Source of the DNA: a virus
Taxonomy: Duplodnaviria; Caudoviricetes
Reading direction: 5' to 3' (one strand)
Virus record (IMG/VR): IMGVR_UViG_3300017780_003104
Span: 147,725 to 211,724 of that record
Length of the DNA stretch: 64,000 bases
The translations under genes and the position numbers were made by a program. Below are positions 61,556 to 64,000 of the stretch, piece after piece (the first letter of the stretch is position 1; every line of letters starts with the position of its first letter). The notes below the pieces were generated by a model, which saw only the letters and a list, made by a program, of their open reading frames with translations, ran no database searches and was not told the origin of the DNA.

Positions 61556-63128
61556 TCCACTTATAAAGTTTAGAACCACAATCCCAAGTTCTGTAAAACT
61601 TCTCTCGTCTCATAATTTCTTCCTCGGTTAAATTCTTATCGTATGATGGAAATCTAGTCAACATATGTTTTTGATATTGCAATCTATTATATCTTTCCTT
61701 GAAATATTTCGTATAGAAATAATTTGGTGGTGTATCTTTTAGATATTTCATACCGATAGCTTCGTAAACACCTCCACTATTCCAGCGTTTATCACAATAA
61801 GAATAAACCTCTAATGGGTTGACAGTCTTTGTGAAATGCTTGAATAATTTACCTGCACCTCCAATGATTTTAAAATTACTAATTGTACAGTATCTTCCAA
61901 GTTCATACACATTATCCTTTCTAGTTTTTCCCGTGGCATATCTGTTTTCGTTGAATGTCATAACTGCAACTAATCGATTTTTGTATGTCAGTCCATATCT
62001 ATGAGTTCCCCAGATACTACCTTGAATGTGATATTTGTTTAAGAATTTTTGACAGTCATCTTTAGAAACTTCCACAATTTTACACTTACGAGCATATATA
62101 CTTTTTTGAACTTTTCCAACAGCGTTCTTAATTCTTTGCAAGACTAACTTTTTCTTTTCATAGAACTCATCATCAAATAGTGTGATTAATCTAATTCCTA
62201 AAGATTCACATTCATTATGTTTAGATATGTGGTCTACTTTATTATAAGATGGGTTTGATGTAGAGTGCCAGTATAATCCAGATACTTCAATTCCCAGATT
62301 CAAAGTTGGAATATACACATCCAATTCTTTACCAGATGGTAGAATTTTCTTCCAATTATACTCGAACGGTATGCCAAGACTATCTAAATAATCCCTAACC
62401 ACTAGCTCATGTTTAGTTCCCACTGGAGAACAGTGGTCACATATCGGAGATGAGCCATTATCACATGATGATTTGAATTCTTTTTTACATTTATTACATA
62501 ACCACTTATATTGTATATATCCTTTAACTCCCACATATTCATCAATGTCGAATAATGGTTTACAATGTTTATATCTGAATGGTAATGAATTAAAAAACTT
62601 AATCCTATGAGATTCTTGAATCTTTTCTTTAGTCTCATCAGACTGGACTCGTCCAATTACTGATTGTTTATATTCATCTGTTTTAGTATAGTTGGTCACT
62701 CCATACTTTTCCAAATTTGTTTTTATAATCTTATCCTTCCCATATTGACTAGCCAATACATTGACATGTCCATATTTTTCCAAACATGTTTCCCTTTTGG
62801 TTTTCTGTATTTTATCATTATTATCCCACTTACATTTATTAGAACAGTATTGGAGAAATTGTTTTGTTGTGGTGTTGAATCGTGTTTTCTTTCCACAAGG
62901 ACATGTTGGATTTTCTAGGATATCATTCATGAAACAATAGGTCGCCAGTGAATATGGTTCGTGTAAATCTGTTGATATTTTTTGATAAATTCTTTTATAA
63001 CTATCCACTCCAATCAACTGTTTTAACAGATTTGGTCTTAGGTGTCTATAACTACCTTTATATTTTTCATCTGCAACCTTCTGAATCTTTTGTTTTATTT
63101 CCGAATCATTCATAATTATATTTACCAT
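61545..63128 (-). mobile_element. homing endonuclease (Hef-like, PD-(D/E)xK) with N-terminal repeats
   Basis: CLEKYG repeats; ELDVYIP..IEVSGLYWHS; IYARKC; next to capsid gene. Confidence 0.7.
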
Positions 63129-63162
63129 CTGCGCCTAATATGTCAACCAATTAGATAAAGAT

Positions 63163-63198
63163 AAAAAAATGAGAGGATCTTCGGTTCCTCTCATTTTT
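63163..63198 (-). terminator. terminator downstream of major capsid gene
   Basis: aaaaatgagagga-tcttcggt-tcctctcattttt. Confidence 0.85.
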
Positions 63199-63248
63199 GT
63201 TTGAATTATTAGCTTCTACTCAGTTGTAACTAGTTCACTTCTAACGAG

Positions 63249-64000
63249 TTAGAGGTAGACCGAGACACTTCCGGGTGTGAAGGCAACACCAAGTCCCTTG
63301 ACGATTATTAAATGATAATAAAGATTGGCACCGAATATGTTGTTAACAATACCGTAACGGGTCATTAGACCAACGCGAGGAGTAAAGTTAATCGGATCAA
63401 TGGCACGTTGTACCATGATTGGGATATAAGGGCAATAGATAATACCAGTATCATAGTATTCAGAACCCTTATAACCCATCAACGCATACTCAACAGGCTC
63501 AGTACGTGGGTACTGTGTGCCAGTGTAATAATTTGGTTGATAGTTAGTATTCTGAACTTCAGTTCTTGTATCACGATAGACGGTGAAGCGAGATCCACAA
63601 GTTCCTACCTTTGCGATACCAACACCAGCTGTCGAGACAGTGCCATTGATTTCGTAAACCTTGAAATCAGGAAGCATTTCGAGAATGCTGCAAACGCGAG
63701 GAGTGGCGATAATGAAATTAGCGGCACCTCTACGGTTACGAGCAGCCATACGGCCAGCTTCGATGATAAGTTTTTGGTAGAAAGTTAGATTACGTTCAGC
63801 GGTCCAACGACCATCTGCACTAACAGGACTCCAGAAGGAGTAACCTGCCCCATAACCTGCATTAAACGCTGATTGGATCATACGCATAACAACTTCACGG
63901 TCGATTTCGGCTTGAATTTCGTAAGACATTGCATTAGTAAGCTCGCCATCGATGTCGATGCCTTGCATATTTTTAATATCTTGTTCAAGTTCGATACTCC
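63249..64000 (-). CDS. gp23: major capsid protein, T4 gp23 family (C-terminal part; truncated by window)
   Basis: EIQAEIDREVV, RRGAANFII, GYKGSEYYDTGIIYCPYIP, FTPRVGLMTRYG. Confidence 0.93.
   Translation of the reverse strand, partial: SIELEQDIKNMQGIDIDGELTNAMSYEIQAEIDREVVMRMIQSAFNAGYGAGYSFWSPVSADGRWTAERNLTFYQKLIIEAGRMAARNRRGAANFIIATPRVCSILEMLPDFKVYEINGTVSTAGVGIAKVGTCGSRFTVYRDTRTEVQNTNYQPNYYTGTQYPRTEPVEYALMGYKGSEYYDTGIIYCPYIPIMVQRAIDPINFTPRVGLMTRYGIVNNIFGANLYYHLIIVKGLGVAFTPGSVSVYL

Noticed and set aside
1226-63788. Many short antisense or alternate-frame ORFs in the track (e.g. 3085-3348, 6769-7023, 26067-26840, 30043-30418, 42295-42723, 45038-45524, 63408-63788)
   Set aside because: They are nested within well-supported genes or tRNAs and lack promoters or motifs; shadow ORFs. 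45038-45295 is uncertain but unsupported.
1-64000. Genome-wide TAG reassignment (code 15)
   Set aside because: Conserved genes are full length under the standard code and no TAG-fragmented ORFs were evident, despite the CUA tRNA.

Overview
AT-rich fragment of a large T4-superfamily (gp23-type capsid) phage genome; the host cannot be determined from the sequence. 1-30.5 kb (+): dense array of small accessory genes. Most have their own promoter (ATTAAAACC-N4-TAnnnT), usually 6 nt before the ATG, implying leaderless mRNAs; about 40 copies by manual count. This region also holds Thg1, a DUF2828/Ro60-like vWA protein, a GP88-like protein, TilS, SprT, a Pth2-like protein, a UvrD helicase and 3 tRNAs. 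30.5-41.4 kb: CCA-adding enzyme, SNase, ThyX, RlpA and a lysis cassette. 41.7-51.5 kb (-): cluster of about 22 tRNAs and tRNA-like RNAs with HNH genes, including an amber suppressor, a His tRNA lacking G-1, and tRNAs with unusual variable arms. 51.7-64 kb: vWA protein, RNR, ClpP-like protein, split gp5-like baseplate genes, a homing endonuclease and the major capsid protein (truncated by the window end). Best candidate for a new system: a 9-unit tandem ncRNA array (4835-5737) directly downstream of the Ro60-like gene. Each unit is closed by its own 6-9 bp helix, carries a CWRCAWA motif (mostly CAGCAAA) and ends in a GATA-like linker. The units display different mimics of translation RNAs: two circularly permuted tRNA bodies, Lys(UUU) and Asn(GUU) anticodon stem-loops, and a 23/26-nt copy of 23S rRNA H69-H70. 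All family assignments are from motif recognition only; no searches were run.
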